This document shows, in pieces, positions 1 through 8,782 of a stretch of 64,000 bases of DNA (position 1 is its first letter; the number at the start of each line of letters is the position of its first letter). The DNA is from an uncultured Bacteroidales bacterium (lineage in GTDB: Bacteria; Bacteroidota; Bacteroidia; Bacteroidales; Paludibacteraceae). Both the position numbers and the translations under genes were made by a program. The DNA is taken from NCBI GenBank assembly GCA_902800525.1, contig CADCEV010000002.1, positions 95,695 to 159,694 of the forward strand, written 5' to 3'. The notes under the pieces are model-generated. The model was not told the DNA's origin. It ran no database searches and saw only the letters and a list, made by a program, of their open reading frames with translations.

Positions 1-700
1 GTCGTTCGAAGGCGTTATGCGTACCAAGGAAGAGCTGTACGATTTTATTATTGCGCACAACGGACTGATCTTCCGCAATGCCGACAACCCCCATTTGGAG
101 AAGATGCTCGAGGAGGCGCAAAAGGCAATTGTCAATTGTCCATTGTCAATTATCAATTACCACACGGGTACCATGCCCGAGGGTACGCACTTGGTCGGCG
201 GCTATAACGCGGAGAATGTGTCTGCGGCTATTTGTGTGGGCACGTATTTCGGTGTGAGCGAAGAGGCGGCTTTGGCGGCTATCCGGACTTATGTGCCTTC
301 CAACAACCGCTCGCAACTGATGCAGACAGCGCGGAACACGGTGGTGATCGATGCCTATAACGCGAATCCGACATCTATGCAGGCGGCGATTGAAGCCTTT
401 GGAAAAGGGCAAAGGGACAAGGAAGGTGTAAAGGAGGCGTATATATTAGGTGCGATGCGTGAACTGGGCGAATACAGCCATCTGGAGCACCAGAATATCG
501 TGAATATGCTGTTGGAACGCAAGGCGGACAAAGTGCTGTTGGTCGGACCGGAATACCGCGAGACAACAGCTCCTTACCCCATCTACGAGAATGTGGAGGC
601 GCTTTGCGAAGCCTTGAAGGAGACGCCGCTTGTCGGGTATCGGATCCTGCTCAAAGGAAGCCGGAGTAACCAGTTGGAGAAGGCGGTGGAACTTCTTTAG
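1..700 (+). CDS. murF: UDP-N-acetylmuramoyl-tripeptide--D-alanyl-D-alanine ligase, C-terminal part (5' end lies outside the window)
   Basis: The frame is open from the window edge. Mur-ligase C-terminal domain motifs are present (VVIDAYNANPTSMQAAIEAF, LLKGSRSNQLE). Confidence 0.8.
   Translation, partial: SFEGVMRTKEELYDFIIAHNGLIFRNADNPHLEKMLEEAQKAIVNCPLSIINYHTGTMPEGTHLVGGYNAENVSAAICVGTYFGVSEEAALAAIRTYVPSNNRSQLMQTARNTVVIDAYNANPTSMQAAIEAFGKGQRDKEGVKEAYILGAMRELGEYSHLEHQNIVNMLLERKADKVLLVGPEYRETTAPYPIYENVEALCEALKETPLVGYRILLKGSRSNQLEKAVELL
126..160. repeat. Heptamer tandem array (CAATTGT-type, 5 units) inside murF
   Basis: caattgt caattgt ccattgt caattat caattac. Confidence 0.9.
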
Positions 701-770
701 TTGAAAGTTGAAAGTTGAAAGTTGAGAGAAGTCGTCTAGCTGAGAGTAGTTTAGTTGAAAGTAATTGAGA
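700..770. repeat. GTTGARA heptamer array plus non-periodic core; composite dispersed element
   Basis: gttgaaa x3, gttgaga, then gaagtcgtctagctgagagtagtttagttgaaagt. An inverted copy lies at 29481-29563. Confidence 0.9.
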
Positions 771-795
771 TTTTTTAAGTAAATCGTTATAACAA

Positions 796-1677
796 ATGAA
801 TAAGAAAGTATTTTGGGTGATTGTGATACTCTGTCTCGCGGTGATCGGGGGATTGGTGTATTGGAATCTGAGTCAGCACAACGAGCTGACCGAGTTAGTG
901 GAACAGATGCAGATCGAGAAAGAAGAACTGCAAGAGGAATATGAGGATCTGGCGATTCAGTTCGACGGCTATCAGTCCATGGACATCCGTAATGACAGTT
1001 TGCAGGATCTGCTGAGCCGTGAGCAGCAACGCGTGCAGGATCTGTTGGAAGAGTTGCGTCAGACCAAGGCCTCGAACGCACGGAAGATAGCTGAACTCAA
1101 GAAAGAGTTAGCTACCGTTCGTTCGGTGATGAAAGATTATGTGCGTCAGATAGACAGCCTCAATGCCACCAACCAGCGTCTGACGGCTGAGAACAAGCAG
1201 TACCGCGCGGAGAACAAGCAAGTCAAGGAGCAGAACTCGCAGTTGGCAAGTCTGAACACGCAGTTGACGGAGACCGTGACCCGTGCGTCGATGCTCGAGA
1301 TAACCTCCTGCACGATCACCACGCTCAACAAAAACGACCATAAGACCAAGATGACAGGGCATATCCGCAAACTGCAATTCGACTTTGTGGTGGCGAAGAA
1401 CATCACTTGTCCTCCGGGCATGAAAGAGGTGTATGCACGTATCATGGACCCGGAAGGCACGCTGTTAGGCGAGAGCGAAGAGCACCTGTTCCCCTTTGAG
1501 AGCGGCGAGATACCGTACAGCCTGATGCAACCGATCGAATACACCGGCGAGGCATATGAGGGAACCTGTTATTTCACCCTGCCCGAGGGGTACAAAATCG
1601 GCAAGGGCTTCTTCACCATCGATTTCTTTATCGACGGCAACTTGGTGGGCTCTTTCCCGTTCCAAATGAAGAAGTAA
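796..1677 (+). CDS. Membrane-anchored coiled-coil protein, function unknown
   Basis: 293-aa ORF with an N-terminal TM helix (VFWVIVILCLAVIGGLVYW), a long heptad-like E/Q/L-rich segment and a C-terminal globular part. Clean intergenic boundaries. Confidence 0.6.
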   Translation: MNKKVFWVIVILCLAVIGGLVYWNLSQHNELTELVEQMQIEKEELQEEYEDLAIQFDGYQSMDIRNDSLQDLLSREQQRVQDLLEELRQTKASNARKIAELKKELATVRSVMKDYVRQIDSLNATNQRLTAENKQYRAENKQVKEQNSQLASLNTQLTETVTRASMLEITSCTITTLNKNDHKTKMTGHIRKLQFDFVVAKNITCPPGMKEVYARIMDPEGTLLGESEEHLFPFESGEIPYSLMQPIEYTGEAYEGTCYFTLPEGYKIGKGFFTIDFFIDGNLVGSFPFQMKK

Positions 1678-1714
1678 ATTTCAAATTTCAAATCTCAAAT
1701 CTCAAATCTCAAAG
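1678..1714. repeat. TCAAAT(T/C) heptamer array (5 units)
   Basis: Begins immediately after the stop codon at 1677 and ends 8 nt before the ychF ATG. Confidence 0.9.
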
Positions 1715-1721
1715 AATAAAA

Positions 1722-2828
1722 ATGTCTTTACAATGTGGAATAGTGGGTTTGCCGAATGTGGGCAAAAGTACCCTCTTTAACTGTTTAAGCAATGCGAAAG
1801 CGCAAAGCGCCAATTTTCCTTTCTGTACCATCGAGCCGAACGTGGGTGTGATCACCGTGCCCGATGAGCGTTTGATTAAACTCGGTGAGATTTGTCACCC
1901 CGAACGCGGTGTCATTCCGACGACCGTGGAGATAGTAGATATAGCCGGACTCGTCAAGGGTGCCAGCAAAGGTGAAGGACTCGGAAACAAGTTCCTCGCC
2001 AATATCCGCGAGACTGATGCAATCATTCATGTGTTGCGCTGTTTCGACGATGAGAACGTGGTTCATGTGGACGGTTCTGTGAACCCGGTGCGCGACAAAG
2101 AGATCATCGACGCGGAGTTGCAACTCAAGGATTTGGAGACCGTAGAGAGCCGTATTCAGAAATGCGAGAAGGCCGCTAAAGCCGGCGGTGACAAGTTCGC
2201 CAAGTTACAACTGGAGGTGTTGGTAAAATACCGCGAGGCACTATCGCAAGGTAAGAACGCCCGCACGGTGGAGTTGGAAAACAAAGACCAGGAGCTGGCG
2301 GCGAAGGACTTGTTCCTGCTGACCAACAAGCCGGTGATGTACGTGTGCAACGTGGACGAGGCGTCGGCGGTGAACGGCAATGCGTATGTGGAGCAAGTGC
2401 GCGAGGCGGTGAAGGACGAAGATGCACAGGTGCTTGTTCTGGCCGCGAAGATCGAGAGCGAGATTGCTGAACTCGAGACGTATGAGGAGCGCCAGATGTT
2501 CCTCGGCGAGTTAGGTCTGGAGGAGAGCGGTGTGAACCGACTGATCAAAGCCGCTTATGCGTTGCTCAAACTGCGTACGTTCCTCACGGCAGGCTCGGAC
2601 GAAGTGCGCGCATGGACGTTCCGCGAGGGAATGAAAGCACCGCAGTGCGCCGGTGTTATTCACACGGATTTTGAGCGCGGATTCATTCGTGCAGAGGTGA
2701 TCAAATACGAGGATTTCGTGACCCTTGGCGGCGAAGCGCAATGCCGTGCAGCCGGCAAACTCGGCATCGAAGGCAAGGATTACCTCGTGCAGGACGGAGA
2801 TATAATGCACTTCTTGTTTAACGTATAA
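1722..2828 (+). CDS. ychF: Ribosome-binding ATPase YchF (Obg-like GTPase family)
   Basis: N-terminal P-loop [15 protein letters not shown], length 368 aa, conserved C-terminal TGS-like end ([11 protein letters not shown]). Confidence 0.93.
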   Translation: MSLQCGIVGLPNVGKSTLFNCLSNAKAQSANFPFCTIEPNVGVITVPDERLIKLGEICHPERGVIPTTVEIVDIAGLVKGASKGEGLGNKFLANIRETDAIIHVLRCFDDENVVHVDGSVNPVRDKEIIDAELQLKDLETVESRIQKCEKAAKAGGDKFAKLQLEVLVKYREALSQGKNARTVELENKDQELAAKDLFLLTNKPVMYVCNVDEASAVNGNAYVEQVREAVKDEDAQVLVLAAKIESEIAELETYEERQMFLGELGLEESGVNRLIKAAYALLKLRTFLTAGSDEVRAWTFREGMKAPQCAGVIHTDFERGFIRAEVIKYEDFVTLGGEAQCRAAGKLGIEGKDYLVQDGDIMHFLFNV

Positions 2829-2970
2829 ACCAATTGACGATTGGACGATTGACGAGGTACAATTGATTGAACAATTGAAAGAATTGATCAATTGATGCTG
2901 CATGGAAAATCGTAAATAATTATCAATCGTAAATAAATCGTTAAATCGTAAATCGTCAAATCGTAAATAA
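2829..2970. repeat. Compound short-period arrays (CAATTGA/CGATTGA type, then ATCGTAAAT type)
   Basis: Fills the whole ychF-antiporter spacer. The second half is the reverse complement of the CGATTTA family at 12635 and 13863. Confidence 0.85.
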
Positions 2971-2971
2971 T

Positions 2972-3970
2972 ATGATAGAATCATTATTAACATATGGCTG
3001 GTGGGTGGCCGCTATTCTGATCGTATTGGGATTTGTAGCGCTGGTTAAAGGCGCGGATTACCTGGTAGATGGAGCATCGGCTATCGCTAAACGGTTCGGT
3101 ATCAGCGATTTGGTAATCGGTCTGACCGTGGTGGCTTTCGGTACGAGTATGCCGGAGTTCGTGGTGAACATGGTGTCGGTGGCAGAAGGCACGACGGATC
3201 TCGCCATTACCAATATCTTGGGTTCGAACATCATCAACACCTTTGTGATTTTAGGTCTTACGGCACTCGTTTATCCTATTGTTTCGCAAAAACGCAGCCG
3301 CGATTTTGACATTCCGATGTCTATCATCGCCGGCGTGCTCGTGTTCGCTTTTGTGGCGGTGAACTCACCTTTCGGAGAAGAGTGCAAGGGTATCAGCCGT
3401 ATGGGCGGTATTATGCTTCTGGTGCTGTTCGCGTACTTCCTCTATAACACGTTCCGGCATGCTAAAGACCATCCGGATGAAGGACAAGGGGACGAGGTAC
3501 AAGGAACAAAGGAGATTAGTGTCCGCAGGGCTATTTGTCTGGTGCTTGGCGGATTAGTGGGATTGGTAGTCGGCGGTGAACTGATTGTGAAGAGCGCGGT
3601 TGATTTGGCAACCCGTCTGGGTGTCAGCGAGGCGATTATCGGTCTGACCATCGTGGCTCTGGGTACTTCTCTGCCGGAGTTGGCGACCTCGGTCATGGCA
3701 GCGGCGAAGAAGAACTGCGATATTGCTTTGGGCAACGTCGTGGGTTCGAATATCTTCAATGTGTTCTTTGTGTTGGGAACCAGCGCAGTGGTGCGTCCGT
3801 TGCCGGCCTATGATGGCATTGAGGTGGACGCATGGGCTGCTGCGGTGGGCAGTATGCTGGTGTGGCTGTTTGTCAAAACGAACCACGAACGCGAGATCAA
3901 ACGGTGGGGTGGAGCAATCCTTCTGCTCGTTTATGCGGGATACTTGACCTATCGGTTAATCAATGTATAA
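2972..3970 (+). CDS. Calcium/sodium:cation antiporter (CaCA / YrbG family)
   Basis: Two internal alpha-repeat motifs (GTSMPEF...GSNIINTF and GTSLPELATS...GSNIFNVF) and about 10 TM segments. Confidence 0.85.
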   Translation: MIESLLTYGWWVAAILIVLGFVALVKGADYLVDGASAIAKRFGISDLVIGLTVVAFGTSMPEFVVNMVSVAEGTTDLAITNILGSNIINTFVILGLTALVYPIVSQKRSRDFDIPMSIIAGVLVFAFVAVNSPFGEECKGISRMGGIMLLVLFAYFLYNTFRHAKDHPDEGQGDEVQGTKEISVRRAICLVLGGLVGLVVGGELIVKSAVDLATRLGVSEAIIGLTIVALGTSLPELATSVMAAAKKNCDIALGNVVGSNIFNVFFVLGTSAVVRPLPAYDGIEVDAWAAAVGSMLVWLFVKTNHEREIKRWGGAILLLVYAGYLTYRLINV

Positions 3971-4026
3971 TTCTTAGCCCTAAAGGGCACGATTATTTGG
4001 CGAACCAAATTTTCACAATTAGCGAG

Positions 4027-4059
4027 CCTAACCCCGACCCTTCCCTGAAGGGAAGGGAG
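4027..4059. repeat. 33-nt GC-rich palindromic element (CCTAACCCCGACCCTTCCCTGAAGGGAAGGGAG)
   Basis: Hairpin core CCCTTCCC-TGAA-GGGAAGGG, between convergent genes. Same family as 29095-29127 and 29358-29390. Confidence 0.85.
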
Positions 4060-4067
4060 ATTGGTGA

Positions 4068-4892
4068 TTAGAATTGGTTGAAGAGCCGGCGCTCTTTATC
4101 AAAGAGCCAACCCCATTTGTTGAAGTAACGGCACATGTTTTGGATATGAATCCGAAGCATGTGTTTGTTTTTGAATGAGGCTTTCTCATGCGCGTGGACG
4201 ATGGTCCATTGAGGGTAATAGAGGGTGAGGTAGTTTCGGTGAATGCGGCGCGTGAGGTCAATATCCTCTGGGTACATGAAGAATCGTTCGTCGAAGAGCC
4301 CTGCCTCCACCGCCGCGGTAGTGCGCAGGAGCATGAAACATCCGCTGAGATAGGGCGCGTTGACGGGTCGGCTCAGATCCAAGTCCCTCAGTTCGTACCG
4401 TTTGTTGCGTTTGGCGATCATCCATGCCGGAAGAAAACGACGCCCGAAGACATCTATCGGCGCAGGAAGACGTTTGGCAAGGTACTGCTGCGAACCGTCG
4501 GGGTTGATGACTTTGGGCATGAGTTGTCCCACTTCGGGGTGTACGATCATCCAATCGTGCATTTCGTCTATATCTTCTGCTTTGACCTGAATATCGCTGT
4601 TCATCACCAAGTGAAGGTCTGTCCGGTAGTACGCGCTCTCCCGCAAGGCGATGTTATGCGCTTTCCCATAACCCAAGTTCGCCTCCATCGCCATATACCG
4701 CAGTTTCTCCGTGCCGAACTGTTTGGCAAGCGTCTCTTTCTGCGCCGCCGTCTCCGCTTTGCGGAAGGTCGATTCGGTATTGTCCAACAGATAGATCTTC
4801 CGCAGGCTCTTCACCCGCAGCAGTTCCCGAACAAGTGGCAGCAACTCCTGCTCCCATTTGGGACGATAGATGACGATAGAGATATTGAGCAT
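4068..4892 (-). CDS. Family 2 glycosyltransferase (rhamnosyltransferase-like)
   Basis: Track ORF 4068..4973. I prefer the ATG at 4892 (MLNISIVIYRP...), which sits 1 nt after the stop of the upstream gene. GT2-like fold motifs are present (LDNTES, NLGYGKAHN, GCFMLLR). Confidence 0.75.
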   Translation of the reverse strand: MLNISIVIYRPKWEQELLPLVRELLRVKSLRKIYLLDNTESTFRKAETAAQKETLAKQFGTEKLRYMAMEANLGYGKAHNIALRESAYYRTDLHLVMNSDIQVKAEDIDEMHDWMIVHPEVGQLMPKVINPDGSQQYLAKRLPAPIDVFGRRFLPAWMIAKRNKRYELRDLDLSRPVNAPYLSGCFMLLRTTAAVEAGLFDERFFMYPEDIDLTRRIHRNYLTLYYPQWTIVHAHEKASFKNKHMLRIHIQNMCRYFNKWGWLFDKERRLFNQF

Positions 4893-4893
4893 C

Positions 4894-5652
4894 TTATTTC
4901 CGGTATTTTTTATAGCCGTTCCACGCCCAATGACAAAGGTAATAGAGACTGCGGAAGAAGCCGAGTTTCTCAACTTTGTAGTTGACCATGAACTGCGGAA
5001 TGATGACTTTGCGTTTGTTGCCGGTGACTTGATTTGCCGAGATGCGGTAGTTAGCCAGCACTTTTTGGTTTCCGTAGGCGTAGTCGGTCTGCTTCATGAG
5101 GGACAGCCAGAGGGCATAATCATCGCGCAGATTATGTAGTTCTTCCCGGAAATGGATGTCATGGAGTTTGGAGGCATCGATCACTGTAGCCAGACAGGGC
5201 AGGTTACAGCTTTTGAGAATATCGTAATAATCCATCCGTTCGGGCACGATTTGTGGCTGAAGGATCTCACGTCCTTTTTCGTCCACGCGTCGCACACAAG
5301 AGGTCACAATAGCGGCGTTCTTCTCCTCCATGAACCGTATTTGCTCCTCCAGGAAGGTCGGGTCCCAATAATCATCCGAGTCAAGGAAAGCGTAGTACCT
5401 TCCCTGCGCTTCCCGCAGTCCGTGATTGCGCGCAGAAGCACAACCTCCGTTGGGCTGTTCGAAGAGTTTGATGCGCTCGTCCTTGGCGGCATACCGGCGG
5501 ACGACATCGACGCCCTTGTCCTTGCTGCCGTCATTGACGATGATCATCTCCCAATGCGGGTATGTTTGCGCCAAGACGCTCTCAATGGTCTGTCCTACAA
5601 ACCGCTCAGAGTTATAGAGCGGTGTGATGATAGATACTAAGTTGTTATCCAT
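4894..5652 (-). CDS. Family 2 glycosyltransferase
   Basis: Canonical GT2 N-terminus SIITPLYNSERFVGQTIESVLAQTYPHWEMIIVNDGSKD and a DSDD motif. Confidence 0.85.
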   Translation of the reverse strand: MDNNLVSIITPLYNSERFVGQTIESVLAQTYPHWEMIIVNDGSKDKGVDVVRRYAAKDERIKLFEQPNGGCASARNHGLREAQGRYYAFLDSDDYWDPTFLEEQIRFMEEKNAAIVTSCVRRVDEKGREILQPQIVPERMDYYDILKSCNLPCLATVIDASKLHDIHFREELHNLRDDYALWLSLMKQTDYAYGNQKVLANYRISANQVTGNKRKVIIPQFMVNYKVEKLGFFRSLYYLCHWAWNGYKKYRK

Positions 5653-5655
5653 ATA

Positions 5656-6732
5656 TTATTTGCTCAAATTCTTAAATAGTTCTTCCCATTGTTTTCCGAT
5701 TTGTTCGGGCTGATAGGGTTCAACGATAGCCGAGCTTTCATTATGGCTCTTGTTTCGCAGCGCAGGGTCTTGGATCATTGTTAGAATTGCTTGTCCCAAA
5801 GCCGTTACGTTTTCTCTCTCGACGAGTATTCCTCCACCGTCTTTCAGTAGCACCGCGGGTCCTTCCGGGCAATCAAAACTGACGATAGGAAGTCCGCTTG
5901 ATGCAGCCTCTAACAAAACCATCGGAAAACCCTCAAACCGCGAACTCATGACATAGAAGGCACTCCCGGCATAGACGGTTTCGATATCAGCGCAATAACC
6001 CGGAAAATGAACCCGCTCGTTTAGCCCTAAGCGGCGACATTGTGCCTCTAAAGCAGGTCTGTCTTCGCCTTCGCCGTAGATTTCGATATAGTAGTCCTTC
6101 ATTCGGTCTGCGATCAGCGAAACGGCTTGCAGCAGCAGGTCATAGCCCTTTTGCGCGGTGAGGCGTCCGACCGAAACAATCCGTTTGGAGTCCTCACCCT
6201 GATAAGGAAGCGGGGAGATGGACACCATGTTCGGAATACAGAACACATTCTTCAGTCCGCTTTGTTCGAAAGCCTTTTGGTCGTTTTTGGTCAGCGTCAC
6301 AACGGCACTCATATGGCTGTAAAGCCGCTTGCGGAGTCTGCGGACAGGGGCATTATACATCGTATATCGGTAGTGTTCGCAGGCTATCGATTTATGTCCG
6401 AACCCTGCCGACCATGCCATGAACGAGGCAGCAATCTTTTGGCAGATGATGTAATCCGCTTCTTGTAGTTCCTTGCATGAACGGACGAGCGCTCTTTCTC
6501 GCCAAGCCTTCCTTAAACGCGTCAAGATCGTTTCTCGGAGCGTATATGTTTTGTGAGTGAGGTATATGAACGCCACCCCTTCCGCGGTATAATAAGGCTG
6601 AGGCTCGTTGCGAAAAACAGACACCACAGCCACCTTATGACCTCTCCGTGCCAACTCTTGTGCCAGACAACAAGTTGTACGTTCGGTTCCGCCTTCGGTC
6701 GATATATCTTGTATGAGAAAGGCTATTTTCAT
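5656..6732 (-). CDS. Family 4 (GT-B, GT1-type) glycosyltransferase
   Basis: The track ORF extends to 6843. I prefer the ATG at 6732 (MKIAFLIQDISTEGGTERT), which overlaps the upstream stop as ATGA. C-terminal EGFPMVLLEAASSGLPIVSFD motif. Confidence 0.85.
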   Translation of the reverse strand: MKIAFLIQDISTEGGTERTTCCLAQELARRGHKVAVVSVFRNEPQPYYTAEGVAFIYLTHKTYTLRETILTRLRKAWRERALVRSCKELQEADYIICQKIAASFMAWSAGFGHKSIACEHYRYTMYNAPVRRLRKRLYSHMSAVVTLTKNDQKAFEQSGLKNVFCIPNMVSISPLPYQGEDSKRIVSVGRLTAQKGYDLLLQAVSLIADRMKDYYIEIYGEGEDRPALEAQCRRLGLNERVHFPGYCADIETVYAGSAFYVMSSRFEGFPMVLLEAASSGLPIVSFDCPEGPAVLLKDGGGILVERENVTALGQAILTMIQDPALRNKSHNESSAIVEPYQPEQIGKQWEELFKNLSK

Positions 6733-7559
6733 GCGTTGCGAAGGGTATGAAGGGTGATAAAATACCGCGTTTTCCACCATAGGAAATGGAGTACGTTTCG
6801 GAATACAAGCGGATGCCCTGTTTGATAACTGCGGACAGCCCATTGGTATTTTTGGCGGAGATTAGTCAGCCGGAATCGGTACCGCTGTGCCCCACATACA
6901 TTGTCGCCGTGCTGGCGATAGAGGATGGTGGTGGTGTAAATAGGGATAACCAATCCACCTTGCTCCAACACGCGAATACCTATCCAGGCATCGTGCATGA
7001 AGACATGGGACGGGAAGGGAAGAACGGCTGCTTGTGCTTTTTTATTCATGATCATCGCGCACCCGGTAACGCTGTTGCAGATTGCCAAATAATGGATGTT
7101 CGTGTCCAGAATCTCGGGGTGAATACCTCCGTAGGTCCAGAAAGAGGGCGATAGTTCGTTCAGCTCCTCATCCACGACCTTGAGATCTGTGTGTACAACG
7201 ATTGGTTGGCCCGGATGGCTTTGCTCAGCTTTGTCCATGGCCGCCATAGTGACCTCAATCTTCTTGGGCAGCCAGACATCGTCCTGATCCGCAAAAGCAA
7301 AATAGTCCGCCTCTCCGTGCTGCGCCAGGAGGTACTCGAACGAACGCATTGCACCGAGGCCTCCCGGTGCTGTTTCGTCCACGAATATCTTCTCCGGGTA
7401 CTTCTGCGCGTACTCACGCAGAATGGCTTTGGTGCCGTCCTTGGAACCGTCATCGCGGATATAGAGCCGCCACTGGGTGTACGTCTGCGCCAAGATAGAG
7501 TCGATCTGCTCGGAGATATACCGTTCTCCGTTATATGTCGATAAAAGAATATGCAGCAT
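6729..7559 (-). CDS. Family 2 glycosyltransferase
   Basis: LSTYNGERYISEQIDSILAQTYTQWRLYIRDDGSKDGT and a DQDD motif. Its start overlaps the stop of the upstream wzy-like gene. Confidence 0.85.
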   Translation of the reverse strand: MLHILLSTYNGERYISEQIDSILAQTYTQWRLYIRDDGSKDGTKAILREYAQKYPEKIFVDETAPGGLGAMRSFEYLLAQHGEADYFAFADQDDVWLPKKIEVTMAAMDKAEQSHPGQPIVVHTDLKVVDEELNELSPSFWTYGGIHPEILDTNIHYLAICNSVTGCAMIMNKKAQAAVLPFPSHVFMHDAWIGIRVLEQGGLVIPIYTTTILYRQHGDNVCGAQRYRFRLTNLRQKYQWAVRSYQTGHPLVFRNVLHFLWWKTRYFITLHTLRNA

Positions 7560-8782
7560 CAGTTTACTTTATTATGGGTGTCTTTCATAAAATCTTCTTT
7601 CCAGAACTTCAGGGCTTTGTTCATTTGCGATTTTTCTATGTCGGAGGATCTATGGTCTAACAAATCAAAGACCGTAGAAGCGATATAGACATTGCTTTTC
7701 ATTTTCCGGGTGTCGCGGTTAAAAGCATATGTCGCGTACCCCATGTAGAGCAGCAAGAGGAACGACGCCGCCTGCTTGACCAGTGCGCCATAAGGCACTC
7801 TTTTTCCTTGATCTTCGCTCCCTTGAACGAGGCTGAAAGCATAGGTGATAACCAAGGGCAGGAAATATGACCGCAGACGTACCAGCAGGTAGTAATACTG
7901 ATACATAAACGCCACCAGAATCAAACCCGCGATGACAGAGACGGTAACGGCTTGGACGCGGGATCTGTTATACTGGGTGAAATAGGCTATCACAAAGAGC
8001 GTGACGGCATAGACGACAAAAATAGTCTGAATCTGCCTGCCTAAAGTCAAGTGATGCTGAATGGAAACGAGATAGGATGAGGGTAGCGGCAGATGCCGGA
8101 TAAACGGTCCGGAGATTTGTGCGATAGGCATGACAAGGGTCAAAACGAGTACCAATAACAATAACTGGTAAAGCGACGCCGAGTCTTTGCGGGCAGGAAT
8201 GAGCATCAACAAGCCCGTCAGACCTACTGCAAAAATACCCGATTTATGGAACAGCACCGTCAGCACCGCCATCAATACTCCGAGGATGTATCTCCGGTCT
8301 TTGAAACATAGCACAAAAAGGATAAAACAACTTACCGCCAAACACTGCCGATAGGTAGCGAAAATACAGTTAAAATCCAAAACGACCAGAATAGCCAATG
8401 CGAAAGAGCGTTTGCGGGGAATATTCCTGAATAGCAGCGCGATGACCGCAAAATAAAACAAACTGATGATAGCGGTCATCCAGTAAAAGGAGATTCCGAC
8501 ATGTTTCATGGCGGAGCATAGCAGGGCATACCCCAATTCGAAATTTAGTGGGATAGTATTGCTGTGATGCCATACGTATTTTGGGGAGGGGTTGATCTCG
8601 TTGTAGAAATGGACGTAATTCCAAATATCCGCCCCATAGTAATACTTAATGGTGAAAAGGAAGGTAATGGTGAAAAGAGAGAGATAGTAGATATCCCGCT
8701 GCAAACGCGGATACCGCTCTGTTAGGAAATCCGTCAACCCAAACAGAATCGCGATAACTTGTATGACCGTGATCAGATTCAT
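7559..8782 (-). CDS. wzy: EpsG/Wzy-like oligosaccharide repeat-unit polymerase (polytopic membrane protein)
   Basis: 407 aa with about 10-11 TM helices, aromatic-rich, positioned between the flippase and the glycosyltransferases. The assignment comes from context and topology, not from a sharp motif. Confidence 0.6.
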   Translation of the reverse strand: MNLITVIQVIAILFGLTDFLTERYPRLQRDIYYLSLFTITFLFTIKYYYGADIWNYVHFYNEINPSPKYVWHHSNTIPLNFELGYALLCSAMKHVGISFYWMTAIISLFYFAVIALLFRNIPRKRSFALAILVVLDFNCIFATYRQCLAVSCFILFVLCFKDRRYILGVLMAVLTVLFHKSGIFAVGLTGLLMLIPARKDSASLYQLLLLVLVLTLVMPIAQISGPFIRHLPLPSSYLVSIQHHLTLGRQIQTIFVVYAVTLFVIAYFTQYNRSRVQAVTVSVIAGLILVAFMYQYYYLLVRLRSYFLPLVITYAFSLVQGSEDQGKRVPYGALVKQAASFLLLLYMGYATYAFNRDTRKMKSNVYIASTVFDLLDHRSSDIEKSQMNKALKFWKEDFMKDTHNKVN

